Source: Candidatus Binatia bacterium (GTDB taxonomy: Bacteria > Desulfobacterota > Binatia > UBA9968 > CAXXLF01). From it: 64,000 bases of DNA. The notes under the pieces are model-generated. The model made no database searches. It saw only the letters and a list, made by a program, of their open reading frames with translations, and had not been told where the DNA came from. A program made the translations under genes and the position numbers. Location of the stretch: positions 896,001 through 960,000 of the forward strand of contig CAXXLF010000001.1 in the NCBI GenBank assembly GCA_963664015.2. Direction: 5' to 3'. This document shows positions 20,419 through 30,567 of the stretch, in pieces (position 1 is the first letter of the stretch; each line of letters starts with the position of its first letter).

Positions 20419-21228
20419 CTAGGAACAGTTCATGGCCGCCACCACGATTCCCGCCCGATCGGCCTCCTTGAGTAGTTCGTCCTTCTCCAGAAGAATCGTC
20501 TTGCCTGCGTCGACAGCCAAGACTTCCCCGCCCGCCTCTTTAAGCACCTGGATGGTCTCGACGCCAACGGCGGGAACATCGAATCGAAGGTCCTGTTGGG
20601 GTTTGCTCACTTTCACAACCACAACTCCCTCCTTTACCAGTGCCCCTCCCCTGCGGATCGCCGCATCCGTACCTTCAATGGCTTCTACAGCCAGAACCAC
20701 TCGATCCTTGACCACGACGGTTTGCCCAACTCCCAAACGGCCTATGGCTTTGGCTACTTCGACGCCAAGCTGCATATCCTCCCACTGGCTTTTGGTCGGG
20801 GTACGACGTGTCAAGATCCCCTCGCTAGGAATAATTCGGGAAAGGAAAAGTGTAGACTCAAGAACCCGAATCCCTTCGCTCTCCAATTCCTCCGCCACTC
20901 CCCTTAATAGCCGGTCATCATCCCGGCTTCTTACCCGCGCAAGAAACGCTGCGCCTCTAAGATCCGGCTTAAAATTGGGAAATAGCTTAACCTTGCTGAT
21001 CCCACCGGCCATCACGGCCTCCTCAACCCCGGCCTCCTGGAATGTCCGAATGATCTTTCCCAACTCGCCTACGAAAATCCAAGTTACCCCATCAACGAGT
21101 TCAGCAATGGCTTCCGATGTTTCGCTGCGATGAGCGACAACGACAAGGGAAACATCTTGGCGCTTGGCTTCCGCCGTAAAAATCAGAGGGAACTTTCCAT
21201 TCCCAGCAATGAGTCCCAACTTTCTCAT
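20419..21228 (-). CDS. lpxI: UDP-2,3-diacylglucosamine pyrophosphatase LpxI
   Basis: GLIAGNGKFP, VGQTVVV, AVEAIEGTD, KPQQDLRFDVPAVG. Confidence 0.94.
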   Translation of the reverse strand: MRKLGLIAGNGKFPLIFTAEAKRQDVSLVVVAHRSETSEAIAELVDGVTWIFVGELGKIIRTFQEAGVEEAVMAGGISKVKLFPNFKPDLRGAAFLARVRSRDDDRLLRGVAEELESEGIRVLESTLFLSRIIPSEGILTRRTPTKSQWEDMQLGVEVAKAIGRLGVGQTVVVKDRVVLAVEAIEGTDAAIRRGGALVKEGVVVVKVSKPQQDLRFDVPAVGVETIQVLKEAGGEVLAVDAGKTILLEKDELLKEADRAGIVVAAMNCS

Positions 21229-21320
21229 AATTAAGCTCCCACCGGCTTACGCCCATGGTTTTCAGCGAAGGCGAACAACCAGTCAGCCTTTAGCAACAAT
21301 CTGCGGACAGCCAAAAGCCA

Positions 21321-22100
21321 TCATTGGCGACATACACCTTTTTCTGAACCCTCAATGAAACGAATCATCTGCTGCACCTCTGCTGTTTTTGTGACCTCCC
21401 GTGCAACCTTTCGGATGGCCTCTTCGGTCTTCAGGCCCAATTGAAAAATGATACGGTAAGTTTTCTTGAGAGCGTCGATTCGCTCTTTACCGAACTTTTT
21501 ACGCCTCAACCCTTCCATATTAAGCCCCTTGAGCTTGGCCCGGTCCCCCGTGGCGTTGCAGTAAGGGGGAACGTCTTTGGATACCATCGAACCGGCGCCG
21601 AGAATGGCTCCAGTTCCAATCCTGACGAACTGATGAATCCCCACGAGTCCTCCGACGATGGTATAATCATCAACCCCAACGTGCCCCCCCAGCGTCGCTC
21701 CATTAGCGATGACATTATAACTGCCCAGCATGCAGTCATGCGCGATGTGGCAATGCATCATGAGGAGATTATGGTCGCCCAGACGAGTGATCATTCCCCC
21801 GCCCTCGGTGCCCGGGTTAAGCGAAGCAAACTCTCTTATCGTATTATGAGAGCCGATGATAAGTTGGCTATCTTCGCCTTTATACTTTAGATCCTGGGGG
21901 ATCGAACCTACGGTCGCAAACTGAAAGATCGTATTGCCCTCACCCAGGGTGGTATTCCCTTCGACCACCACATGGGATTTGATTCGCGTCCCTTTACCAA
22001 TTTTCACCTTGGGACCGATTATCGAATAGGGACCGACCTCGACGTCGTCGTCTAGTTCTGCCTGTGAATCCACCATGGCTGTAGCATGAATCTTGCCCAT
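21321..22100 (-). CDS. lpxA: Acyl-ACP--UDP-GlcNAc O-acyltransferase
   Basis: Hexapeptide repeats, PQDLKYKGE, HIAHDC, LGGHV, HQFVRIG. Confidence 0.96.
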   Translation of the reverse strand: MGKIHATAMVDSQAELDDDVEVGPYSIIGPKVKIGKGTRIKSHVVVEGNTTLGEGNTIFQFATVGSIPQDLKYKGEDSQLIIGSHNTIREFASLNPGTEGGGMITRLGDHNLLMMHCHIAHDCMLGSYNVIANGATLGGHVGVDDYTIVGGLVGIHQFVRIGTGAILGAGSMVSKDVPPYCNATGDRAKLKGLNMEGLRRKKFGKERIDALKKTYRIIFQLGLKTEEAIRKVAREVTKTAEVQQMIRFIEGSEKGVCRQ

Positions 22101-22123
22101 TGTTTTTGTCCTCAAATGCTCGC

Positions 22124-22561
22124 TCACTCATAGTCGACCTGCATGGCCGAAAGCTCCCCTCGGGCCACTAGTGTTCCGTCGACAGTCGCCTTTCCCAACA
22201 TCTTCCAGAATGCCCCTCGCCGCTTGACCGAGGTCAGTTCTAGGCGCAGCTGATCACCGGGTTCGACAGCGCGTTTGATTTTTACCCGATCCAGCCCGGT
22301 GAGCATAAAAACCTTGTCCTTTTCATCCTCGGTGGCTGAGACGTGAGCCAAAATAGCTCCTACCTGCGCCAAGGCCTCGCAAATGAGCACACCCGGCATC
22401 ACGGGCTTACCGGGGAAATGACCTTGAAAGAAGTTCTCGTTGAAACTGACGTTCTTGATCCCGACGATTTTGACACCGGCCTCAATTTCAACAATACGAT
22501 CCACCAAGAGAAACGGATAGCGATGGGGAAGATGTTCGAAGATCGCCTTAATGTCCATCAT
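22124..22561 (-). CDS. fabZ: 3-hydroxyacyl-ACP dehydratase
   Basis: LPHRYPFLLVD, FQGHFPGKPVMPGVLICEALAQ. Confidence 0.97.
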   Translation of the reverse strand: MMDIKAIFEHLPHRYPFLLVDRIVEIEAGVKIVGIKNVSFNENFFQGHFPGKPVMPGVLICEALAQVGAILAHVSATEDEKDKVFMLTGLDRVKIKRAVEPGDQLRLELTSVKRRGAFWKMLGKATVDGTLVARGELSAMQVDYE

Positions 22562-23624
22562 GAGCCTTTCCCTTCTTGCCAGATGTCCGACTTAATGCAT
22601 CGATTTTACGTTCCAGTTGACGGATTTGGTTCCAGAGTTTAGGCAAACGAGGAAGTAATGTCATAACTTTCAACCATTCCCTATGAGGTGCCGCGTTGAT
22701 CCCACTGGAAAGGGTTACACCGGGAGGAACCGACTGGGCTACTCCCGACTGTGGACCGATCCTGACCCCGTCACCAATTTGGATATGGTTAACCACTCCC
22801 ACCTGTCCCGCCAGTATCACCTGCTTGCCGATTCGACTGCTCCCAGCAATTCCGGCCTGAGCCACGATAACCGAATCTTCCCCCACCACAACGTTATGTG
22901 CGATCTGTACCAGGTTATCGATTTTGACACCGCGCTCAATAATGGTTCGTCCAAGGGTAGCGCGATCTACAGTGGTATTGGCACCGATCTCCACGTCATC
23001 GTGGATCTCTACGATTCCGGTCTGGGGAATCTTGGTGCGGGTCCCACCTTCAACGGCAAAACCAAAACCATCGCTGCCAATGACCACTCCAGCATGGAGG
23101 AGAACTCGATTCCCAATACGGCATCCTTCACGAACCGTGACCTGCGGGTAGAGAACGCAATCGGCACCAATCTGAGCCCCGTCACCTATAAAGACACTGG
23201 GAAAGATAACCGATCCGGCACCGACCTTGGCTCCGGCCCCTAAATACGCATGGGGGAAGACCGTAACCCCTTTCTCCAGCACGGCCGTCGGATGTATGGT
23301 GGCTTGGGGACTGACCTTGCCGTCAAAACGAGGTGGATGACTGAAAGCCTGAAGGACCTTGGCAAAGGCAAGATAAGGCTGATCGACCTGGAGAAAATTT
23401 TTACCCGGCTCCGAGGAAATGGCGACGTTGCTACCAACAATAATAGCGCTAGCCTTGCAACCGGAGAGATAGGATCGGTAACGCGGATCTACCAGGAAGG
23501 TGATATCCCCCACCCCCGCCTCATCGATTGAAGCGACCTTCCCAATCGCAACTCCTCCGTCGCCAACAACTCTGCCGCCAACCATTCCCGCCAGCTCGGA
23601 TAGCGATTTGGGTGCCACGTTCAC
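22548..23624 (-). CDS. lpxD: UDP-3-O-acylglucosamine N-acyltransferase
   Basis: Hexapeptide repeats, GSDGFGF, EIGANTTVDR, KIDNLVQIAHN. Confidence 0.96.
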   Translation of the reverse strand: MNVAPKSLSELAGMVGGRVVGDGGVAIGKVASIDEAGVGDITFLVDPRYRSYLSGCKASAIIVGSNVAISSEPGKNFLQVDQPYLAFAKVLQAFSHPPRFDGKVSPQATIHPTAVLEKGVTVFPHAYLGAGAKVGAGSVIFPSVFIGDGAQIGADCVLYPQVTVREGCRIGNRVLLHAGVVIGSDGFGFAVEGGTRTKIPQTGIVEIHDDVEIGANTTVDRATLGRTIIERGVKIDNLVQIAHNVVVGEDSVIVAQAGIAGSSRIGKQVILAGQVGVVNHIQIGDGVRIGPQSGVAQSVPPGVTLSSGINAAPHREWLKVMTLLPRLPKLWNQIRQLERKIDALSRTSGKKGKAHDGH

Positions 23625-24160
23625 TTGGTTTTAACTGACACGCCAACGATATTGCGATCGTACAGATCCACAACCTTCTTGGTAATATCGATGCTCTGAT
23701 CCACGTACAGAAGCTGATCCCGGGTCACAATCAAGGTGAATTTTTCCTTCTTTCCGACTTCAGCCATTGCTTTCTCGATCCCTTGGAGAAAACCATCCCT
23801 GGCCTCCCTTTCTCTCAAGCGCATTTCTTCATTCGCGTCGGCCATAACGCGTTTATAATCCCGGTGTCTCCGCTGCAGCTCTCTTTCTAGGTTTTTCTTT
23901 TGTTCTGTATTGAGCAGTAACCTCTTTTTCTCCATTTCGGCCTTTAGTTTCTCCATTTTCTTCTGTTCTTTCAAAAGATTTGCTTCTACGTCCTTCAAGC
24001 GGGCCTCAAGTTTTGCCCTAGCCTTCCTTCCTTCTTTCGAAAGGCTGATTGCCTTTTGCAAATCCACGAACCCGATCTTTATTTGCTCTTGAGCCCACGC
24101 AGGGACCACCAGCAATAGAACCACCATTAGGATAGGTACCATCTTCACGGGAACCTCCAA
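23621..24160 (-). CDS. skp: OmpH/Skp periplasmic chaperone
   Basis: Signal peptide, KIGFVD, long coiled coil, DITKKV; between bamA and lpxD. Confidence 0.9.
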   Translation of the reverse strand: MEVPVKMVPILMVVLLLVVPAWAQEQIKIGFVDLQKAISLSKEGRKARAKLEARLKDVEANLLKEQKKMEKLKAEMEKKRLLLNTEQKKNLERELQRRHRDYKRVMADANEEMRLREREARDGFLQGIEKAMAEVGKKEKFTLIVTRDQLLYVDQSIDITKKVVDLYDRNIVGVSVKTK

Positions 24161-24197
24161 AGTTACCGATAGAATCGCGTAAAATCGTTTTAATGTA

Positions 24198-26606
24198 TTA
24201 AAAACCGCCGCCTACCGAGAAGCTCAATATGGCCGTGTCATCTTCCGGCTGGTCGTTCAAAGGGAAGCCAAAATCAATCGCCAAGGGGCCAAAGGGCGAC
24301 ACCCAACGGGCACCAACTCCAATGGACCTTCTGAACTCACCGATATCGAAGCTATCCGATGACCTGAAGGCCTGACCTTGATCAAAAAAGGCCACTCCTT
24401 TTAGATTAAACTTATTCAGTACGGGGAAGACCAACTCGGCAGTCGTGATCAAGTGCTTATCACCCCCCACTGGTTCGTTGCTTGAATCGCGAGGTCCCAA
24501 GCTCCGTTTCTCGAACCCTCGGACGCTACCGGAACCACCGGGAAAATACCGTTCCGATATGGGCAAACTGTCGTTATCGTTGGGCCGATGGAAGATACTG
24601 CTCAGACCCAATTTGCTCTTCAAACCAAGCGTGTAGGCCCCTCCCCACCGCCGGCTGTTCACCAAAGTATGGTACCATGCGGTTTTAGCGTCCCATTTCA
24701 AGAAATCGTTGTCACCTCCGAGCCCCGCTATATCCATGGTGAGCGACGAACGAGTCCCTTTAGTGGGCGTAAAAAAGTGGTCCCGGGTATCGAAGCTAAG
24801 GCTGGGAGAAACCATGCTGATTAAAGAGGTTCCGGCTTCGTTTTTGACCTCCTGAGAGGCGTCTTCATCGATATCCGTATTTTTGGCATGTTTGAAAACA
24901 TAGGCGGTCCCAAACCGCATGCGCCGAAACAGAGAAAGCTTTTGCTGCGATGGCCTGCTTCCCTCAGGCACCTGTTTTTTTCTGAAAAACGGCATATCGA
25001 GGTACTTCAACGGGTAGCTACTGTTCAAACTGAACCCCGTCTGGCGAGTTTTAAATTCACTATATTCTAGTTCACTGTTAAAGGCGCTCGCCCCCACAGT
25101 CACATAACTATCTAGAAAATAGGGATCCGTAACCCTCAGGAAAAAATCCTGACGTTTGCTCCCCAGATTAAACGATAGGGATGCGCTCTGGCCTCGGCCG
25201 AACAGGTTTTTTTCGGCTATGGAGGCATTGAGAATGACTCCCTCTCCGGAGCTGAATCCTCCGCCAAAGTTGAGGCTACCCGTTGGGCCCTCTTCTACCA
25301 CCACATTGAGATCCATTGCGTCTTGTTGATCGGTCTTCTCCGTGGTGACAGAGACGTTTTTAAAATAACCGGTTCGGTTGAGCGAATTCTGGCTGGCTTT
25401 GACTTTGCTAATGGAAACGAGATCTTGCTCGGACACAGCCAATTCTCTACGAATCACCTTATCCCTTGTCTTATTGTTACCCACAATCCGGATGCGGTTG
25501 AAATGAACCGGGGGACCGCGATTGATGATCAGTGCAACGTCCACTGTTTTTTCTTCCTTTTGAATCCGTGTTATGGGATCAACGCGAGCATACGCGAATC
25601 CGTCCTCCGAATACATCTCCGACAGGGTCTCGATGTCCTCTCTCAAGCGACTACCCCGAAAAATTTGGCCTGTGGTCAGTTGGATTTTTTTCAAATAGAC
25701 TTCAGCGGGATCGATCAGCTCCCCTCCTATTTCCACCTTCCCCACTCGAAATTGCTCTCCCTCTTCAACCCGAATCACGATCTCGATCCCTGTCTTCCTG
25801 CGCAAGATGTTGGGTTCCAATACCTTGTGCTTGACATAGCCGTCATCGAAATAATGCGAAGAGATAATGGCCACATCATTAGTTAAAACATCTCGACTCA
25901 AGACCCCCCGACCGGTCAACGAAGAGAAAATCCATTTTTCCTTGGTACTCATTAGCCCTTTGAGCTCTTTTTCAGAGAATACCTTATTACCCTCGAAGCG
26001 AATCTTTTGGATCAACAGACGCTTACCCTCTTTGATATCCAGCATGACAACGGCTTGGTTATTTTTGACATCGGCAATGGCAAAATCCACCTTGGCATTG
26101 GAATAGCCTTCGTCACCGTAGAGCTTTTTTACCTTCTCGACGCCCTCGGTTACTTTATCCCGGTCAAGGATGGTACGCGGCCTCACTCCAAGCGCAGCCT
26201 CGATGCTTTCCCGGCTCACCTTGGAATTTCCACCGACGGAAATCTCTTTGATATAGGGTCTTTCTTTAACGACGTAGGTTAATACACCTTCCTTTGTCCA
26301 TTCGACTTTTACGTCGTCGAAAAAACCCAATCGATAGATCGATTTCACATCCTCACCAACCACAGCCTGATCAAATGCCTGCCCCTTCCTTGCCTTGATC
26401 CTGAGTCGTACCGCGTCTTCTTCCACCCGGAGGTTTCCCTCAATCCGAACCTCAGTTATAGTTTCGACCTGCGCGGTAGCCAGGGGAATCAGACAGGGAA
26501 GGAGATAGGATAGCGTTAGAAAGAAAAGGAATGGATATGTGCTGGAAGCCCAGGGTCTTTTATGCATAGAGTCTGAGTCTCTTACCGCTGGGATAATACA
26601 ACCCAT
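24198..26606 (-). CDS. bamA: Outer membrane protein assembly factor BamA
   Basis: POTRA repeats (GNLRVE, GNNKTRDKVIRRE), NLFGRGQ, SVRGF, WVSPFGPL, terminal F; start may be ATG 26567. Confidence 0.95.
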   Translation of the reverse strand: MGCIIPAVRDSDSMHKRPWASSTYPFLFFLTLSYLLPCLIPLATAQVETITEVRIEGNLRVEEDAVRLRIKARKGQAFDQAVVGEDVKSIYRLGFFDDVKVEWTKEGVLTYVVKERPYIKEISVGGNSKVSRESIEAALGVRPRTILDRDKVTEGVEKVKKLYGDEGYSNAKVDFAIADVKNNQAVVMLDIKEGKRLLIQKIRFEGNKVFSEKELKGLMSTKEKWIFSSLTGRGVLSRDVLTNDVAIISSHYFDDGYVKHKVLEPNILRRKTGIEIVIRVEEGEQFRVGKVEIGGELIDPAEVYLKKIQLTTGQIFRGSRLREDIETLSEMYSEDGFAYARVDPITRIQKEEKTVDVALIINRGPPVHFNRIRIVGNNKTRDKVIRRELAVSEQDLVSISKVKASQNSLNRTGYFKNVSVTTEKTDQQDAMDLNVVVEEGPTGSLNFGGGFSSGEGVILNASIAEKNLFGRGQSASLSFNLGSKRQDFFLRVTDPYFLDSYVTVGASAFNSELEYSEFKTRQTGFSLNSSYPLKYLDMPFFRKKQVPEGSRPSQQKLSLFRRMRFGTAYVFKHAKNTDIDEDASQEVKNEAGTSLISMVSPSLSFDTRDHFFTPTKGTRSSLTMDIAGLGGDNDFLKWDAKTAWYHTLVNSRRWGGAYTLGLKSKLGLSSIFHRPNDNDSLPISERYFPGGSGSVRGFEKRSLGPRDSSNEPVGGDKHLITTAELVFPVLNKFNLKGVAFFDQGQAFRSSDSFDIGEFRRSIGVGARWVSPFGPLAIDFGFPLNDQPEDDTAILSFSVGGGF

Positions 26607-26774
26607 AGGGGTTTTTTTAGCAAATTAAACGACCTTTGTAAAGGTCAGAAACCATCAAACTTTCAATAGGTTAGGTGCGCACCAGGGAGTTGAATCAGGG
26701 GTTCTGAGCAGCACCTTTGGTCAAGCGATCCCCCGGTAGCTCTGGCACTCCCGCCCCAACCTCCATGGAAGTCC

Positions 26775-27461
26775 CTAGAGCTCCCGTGGAAAGAGTTGCC
26801 CGGCACGCAGCTCCATGGTCCGCTCAAATTGCCGGGCAAATTGCCAATTGTGCGTGGCAACCACCAGGGCGATACCCCGTTTTTCGTTCAAGCGAAACAG
26901 GAGCTTCTCGATCTCTTCTGCAGTATGCGGATCAAGATCCCCAGTCGGCTCGTCGGCCATAATAATTTTGGGTTCCAAAATGAGGGAACGTGCTACAGCC
27001 ACCCGCTGTTGCTCACCTCCTGAGAGTTTCCCCGGCCGGTGCGTCGCTCGGTCTCGTAGTCCGACTTCCTCGAGAAGCCTCATGGCGTTTTCACGGGACT
27101 TTTCCCATGTCCATCCTCGGATAAGGGCTGGCAGCATGATGTTTTCCAGAGCGCTGAAGTCAGGGAGTATATAGTGGAACTGAAAAATAAAGCCAATCTC
27201 CCGGTTACGAAAATGAGACAGCTCATCGTCTCCCAGCACGGATAAATTTTTTCCCATGTAGTGAATCTGGCCGCTACCAGGCCGATCCAACGTGCCCAGG
27301 ATATGAAGCAGTGTGCTCTTGCCTACGCCGGACTCCCCGACGATGGCGACCCGCTCTCCCTCCTGGATTACCATGTCGAGGGCTTCCAGCACGACGATTT
27401 CTTTTTCGCCCTCGACAAAGGTTTTGTGAAGACCCTGGGCATTGATGAGTTCCGCCATCAT
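26775..27461 (-). CDS. lolD: Lipoprotein-releasing ABC transporter ATPase
   Basis: GESGVGKST, GFIFQFHY, LSGGEQQRVAVAR, ADEPTG. Confidence 0.92.
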   Translation of the reverse strand: MMAELINAQGLHKTFVEGEKEIVVLEALDMVIQEGERVAIVGESGVGKSTLLHILGTLDRPGSGQIHYMGKNLSVLGDDELSHFRNREIGFIFQFHYILPDFSALENIMLPALIRGWTWEKSRENAMRLLEEVGLRDRATHRPGKLSGGEQQRVAVARSLILEPKIIMADEPTGDLDPHTAEEIEKLLFRLNEKRGIALVVATHNWQFARQFERTMELRAGQLFPREL

Positions 27462-27512
27462 AACCTCGTCAGGGCCGCCCCACGCCCCAGAGAACGTGGC
27501 AACACAACTGCC

Positions 27513-28763
27513 TTACTCATAACGAATGACCTCCACAGGATCCAATGTAGCCGCCTGCCGCGCCGGGTAGATACTGGCAAGCAAACAGATGACAAATGAA
27601 GCCAATCCCACCGCCAGGAAGTGAAGAGCGGATATCCGGACGGGAACGGTAGAAACGAGAAAGACGTCCTGAGGAAGCTCGATAAATTGGTACTCCTGAA
27701 TAAGAAGACAGATCCCATAACCCAGAAGCACCCCGAGGAGTGTTCCTACCACTCCGATAATGCATCCTTTGAGCAGGAAAATTCTCCGGATGCTACTACG
27801 GCTCGCACCCATGGACCTGAGAACCGCAATGTCCCGTCGCTTTTCCATCACCATCATGATGAGTGTGGATACGATGTTAAACGCCGCTATCAGGACCATA
27901 AGCAGTAGCACAAGGATATAAACCCATCGTTCCAGGCGCAGGGCCGAGAAGAGATTCGGCCACAAGCGGGTCCAGTCCTCTGCCAGATAGGGAAATCCCA
28001 TCCGTCGCTGAATCCCACCGGCAACCTCCTGGGCTTTTTTCACATCGCGCACTCGAATCTCTATGCTCGTGACCGTATCCCCCAACACGAAAAACCGCTG
28101 AGCGTCGACAAGATTCATGAAGACAAGGCTGCGATCATACTCGTGCATTCCCGAATCAAATAGGCCAACAACCGCATAGCGTCTAACCTTTGGAACCAAC
28201 CCCATGGCCGTCGGGTTACCCAGAGGAGAAATAACTTGGAGCGGATCCCCCAACATCACCCCGAGTTCCTGCGCCAATCGCTCTCCCAGGATGAGGCCGG
28301 GAAGTTCCATGTCCCGGCCATCAATACGAACAGTCCGACGCAGCTTCAAGTCTTCAAGCCGCCCCTCTTTGATCAGGGGCTTGATCGTTATGACCCGATT
28401 GGCTGTGCTGGGGTCGATCCCCCGGACCATGACCCCGGACACCCGGCTTCCAGACGTCAAAATCACCTGACCGTAAACCATCGGTGTCGCCGCCAAGACT
28501 CCTTCTTCATCGGCGACTCGTTCGGTTAATTTCTTATAGTCGACGATCGCGTCCCCCGACTTGACCAGAACGATGTGGGAATTGATTCCCAGCAATCGGT
28601 CGCGCAGCACTTCCTCAAAGCCCGTCATGACCGAAATAACCACCGTGAGTGTCATGACGGCAATCATAACCCCCAGGATCGATATCATCGAGAGAACGGA
28701 AATAAAGGTTTCTCGACGCCGGGCCCGTAGGTACCTGAGACCGACGAACAATTCGTATTTCAT
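27513..28763 (-). CDS. lolE: Lipoprotein-releasing ABC transporter permease (LolC/E)
   Basis: GLRYLRARR, SVMTGFE, AAFNIVSTL, DIAVLRSMGA, YPARQAA...PVEVIRYE. Confidence 0.9.
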   Translation of the reverse strand: MKYELFVGLRYLRARRRETFISVLSMISILGVMIAVMTLTVVISVMTGFEEVLRDRLLGINSHIVLVKSGDAIVDYKKLTERVADEEGVLAATPMVYGQVILTSGSRVSGVMVRGIDPSTANRVITIKPLIKEGRLEDLKLRRTVRIDGRDMELPGLILGERLAQELGVMLGDPLQVISPLGNPTAMGLVPKVRRYAVVGLFDSGMHEYDRSLVFMNLVDAQRFFVLGDTVTSIEIRVRDVKKAQEVAGGIQRRMGFPYLAEDWTRLWPNLFSALRLERWVYILVLLLMVLIAAFNIVSTLIMMVMEKRRDIAVLRSMGASRSSIRRIFLLKGCIIGVVGTLLGVLLGYGICLLIQEYQFIELPQDVFLVSTVPVRISALHFLAVGLASFVICLLASIYPARQAATLDPVEVIRYE

Positions 28764-28780
28764 AGCGAAGGCCTTAGGCC

Positions 28781-30265
28781 TCACTTCTGAGGTCGGAGCA
28801 ATGGGAAAAGGATAACATCTCGAATGGAAGGAGAGTCGGTGAAGAGCATCACCAGTCGATCGATACCGATGCCCTCGCCTGCTGCCGGTGGCATGCCGTA
28901 CTCCAAAGCCCGCAAATAATCTTCGTCCATAGCGTTGGCGGTCTCGTCTCCGGCGATTCGAGCCGCCATTTGTTGGGTGAAGCGTTCCCGCTGATCCAAG
29001 GGATCGTTTAATTCGGAAAAGGCGTTGGCCAATTCCCTCCCCCCTATGTAGAGTTCGAAGCGATCCACGAAGTTCGGGTTGGCCTCGTTTTTTCTAGCCA
29101 GGGGTGAAATCTCCAGAGGATAACCAACGATAAAGGTCGGTTGAATCAATTTAGATTCTGCAACCTCTTCAAAGATCTCCACCAGCAATTTTTCATAGGA
29201 TAACCCGGGCTCCGGTGACAGTCCCTTTTCCTTGGCAAAGAGCTGGAGCCCTTTGAGTCCCACCACCTTCTCTCGATCCACCCCACCGTATTGCGAAATA
29301 GCATCGACCAAAGACAATCGACGCCAAGGCCGCGTTAGGTCAATCTCATGGCCATCGCATGTCAATTTCGTGCTGCCTTTAATGTCTTCAGCCAGAGCAA
29401 CGAACAGTTCCTCGGTCAACTCTATGAGATCCTCGTAGTTCGCATAGGCCTGGTAGAACTCCACCATGGTGAACTCGGGATTGTGACGAACGGAGATCCC
29501 TTCATTGCGAAAGCTCCGATTCACCTCAAAGACTCGCTCCAGACCGCCGACCAGGAGACGCTTCAAATAAAGCTCGGGAGCTATCCTCAGGTACAAATCC
29601 AAATTCAATGCATTATGGTGGGTGGTAAACGGTTTGGCAGCCGCGCCGCCCGCAATGGATTGCATCATTGGGGTTTCGACTTCGAGGAACCCTCTCTCCT
29701 CAAAAAAGTTACGCAACATACGGATGATCCGAGACCGTGTCTGAAATAGCTCCCTAACTGCTGGGTTGACGATAAGGTCCAGGTACCTCTGCCGGTACCG
29801 CAATTCGACGTCAGCCAGACCATGCCATTTTTCAGGTAGGGGATGCAGGCACTTGCTAAGGAGACGAAGCCCATGGGCCTCCAGCGTTAACTCTTTGGTC
29901 TTGGTACGGAATAAGGTTCCAGAAACACCAACAATGTCTCCTATGTCCAAAGACTTGAATAGGGCGTAACCCTCTTCCCCTACACGGTCCTGCCGAACAT
30001 AGACCTGAAGCTTCCCGCCCCGGTCCTGAAGATGAAAGAAAGAGGCCTTGCCAAAAGAGCGAACCGCTACGATCCGACCGGCCAGAGAGAATTTTTGCGT
30101 CGGGTTGTTGAGCTGGTCATTGGGGACCGAATCGAAACGAGAATGAATATGCGACGTGACTTGATCTGGACGAAAATCATTGGGGTAAATGGAGACACCG
30201 GATTCTTTCAGCTTCATCAGCTTATTCCGGCGTACCTCAACCTGCTCGTTAGCATCCTCCATCAC
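28781..30265 (-). CDS. lysS: Lysine--tRNA ligase (class II)
   Basis: PLPEKWHGL, RYRQRY, GGAAAKPF, LRIAPELYLKRL, FRNEG, GIDRL. Confidence 0.98.
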   Translation of the reverse strand: MMEDANEQVEVRRNKLMKLKESGVSIYPNDFRPDQVTSHIHSRFDSVPNDQLNNPTQKFSLAGRIVAVRSFGKASFFHLQDRGGKLQVYVRQDRVGEEGYALFKSLDIGDIVGVSGTLFRTKTKELTLEAHGLRLLSKCLHPLPEKWHGLADVELRYRQRYLDLIVNPAVRELFQTRSRIIRMLRNFFEERGFLEVETPMMQSIAGGAAAKPFTTHHNALNLDLYLRIAPELYLKRLLVGGLERVFEVNRSFRNEGISVRHNPEFTMVEFYQAYANYEDLIELTEELFVALAEDIKGSTKLTCDGHEIDLTRPWRRLSLVDAISQYGGVDREKVVGLKGLQLFAKEKGLSPEPGLSYEKLLVEIFEEVAESKLIQPTFIVGYPLEISPLARKNEANPNFVDRFELYIGGRELANAFSELNDPLDQRERFTQQMAARIAGDETANAMDEDYLRALEYGMPPAAGEGIGIDRLVMLFTDSPSIRDVILFPLLRPQK

Positions 30266-30326
30266 TACTCCCTCACCGCTGGGGAATCCTCACGGGATCC
30301 CGTTCTATTCGTAGAAGAATTTCACA

Positions 30327-30355
30327 CTGTATAAGAAATACCACAACTGAACTCA
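30327..30355 (-). promoter_or_regulatory. Putative sigma70 promoter for lysS and the envelope cluster
   Basis: Minus strand TTGAGT-N17-TATACA about 60 nt upstream of lysS. Confidence 0.4.
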
Positions 30356-30567
30356 AGTGGCCAACCTAAGACGGGTTCCGGAGTCGACTTCTCTCCCCGG
30401 CAGGTTGATGAAGTTGGGAGGTGCCATCCAGGATAGTGCCTGACACTAGCGGACGGTCAGAGTGCCGGGGGCTGGCTGGACGTGGAACGGTGGACGTTAA
30501 AAACGCAATAGTATTGGTGCGATTGTGAAAGGTTCGGATGGGTGGGAGGCGAGGCTCCGCACGCCCA

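Noticed and set aside
20432-21133. 233-aa Ser/Thr-rich plus-strand ORF
   Set aside because: Antisense shadow of lpxI with no motifs.
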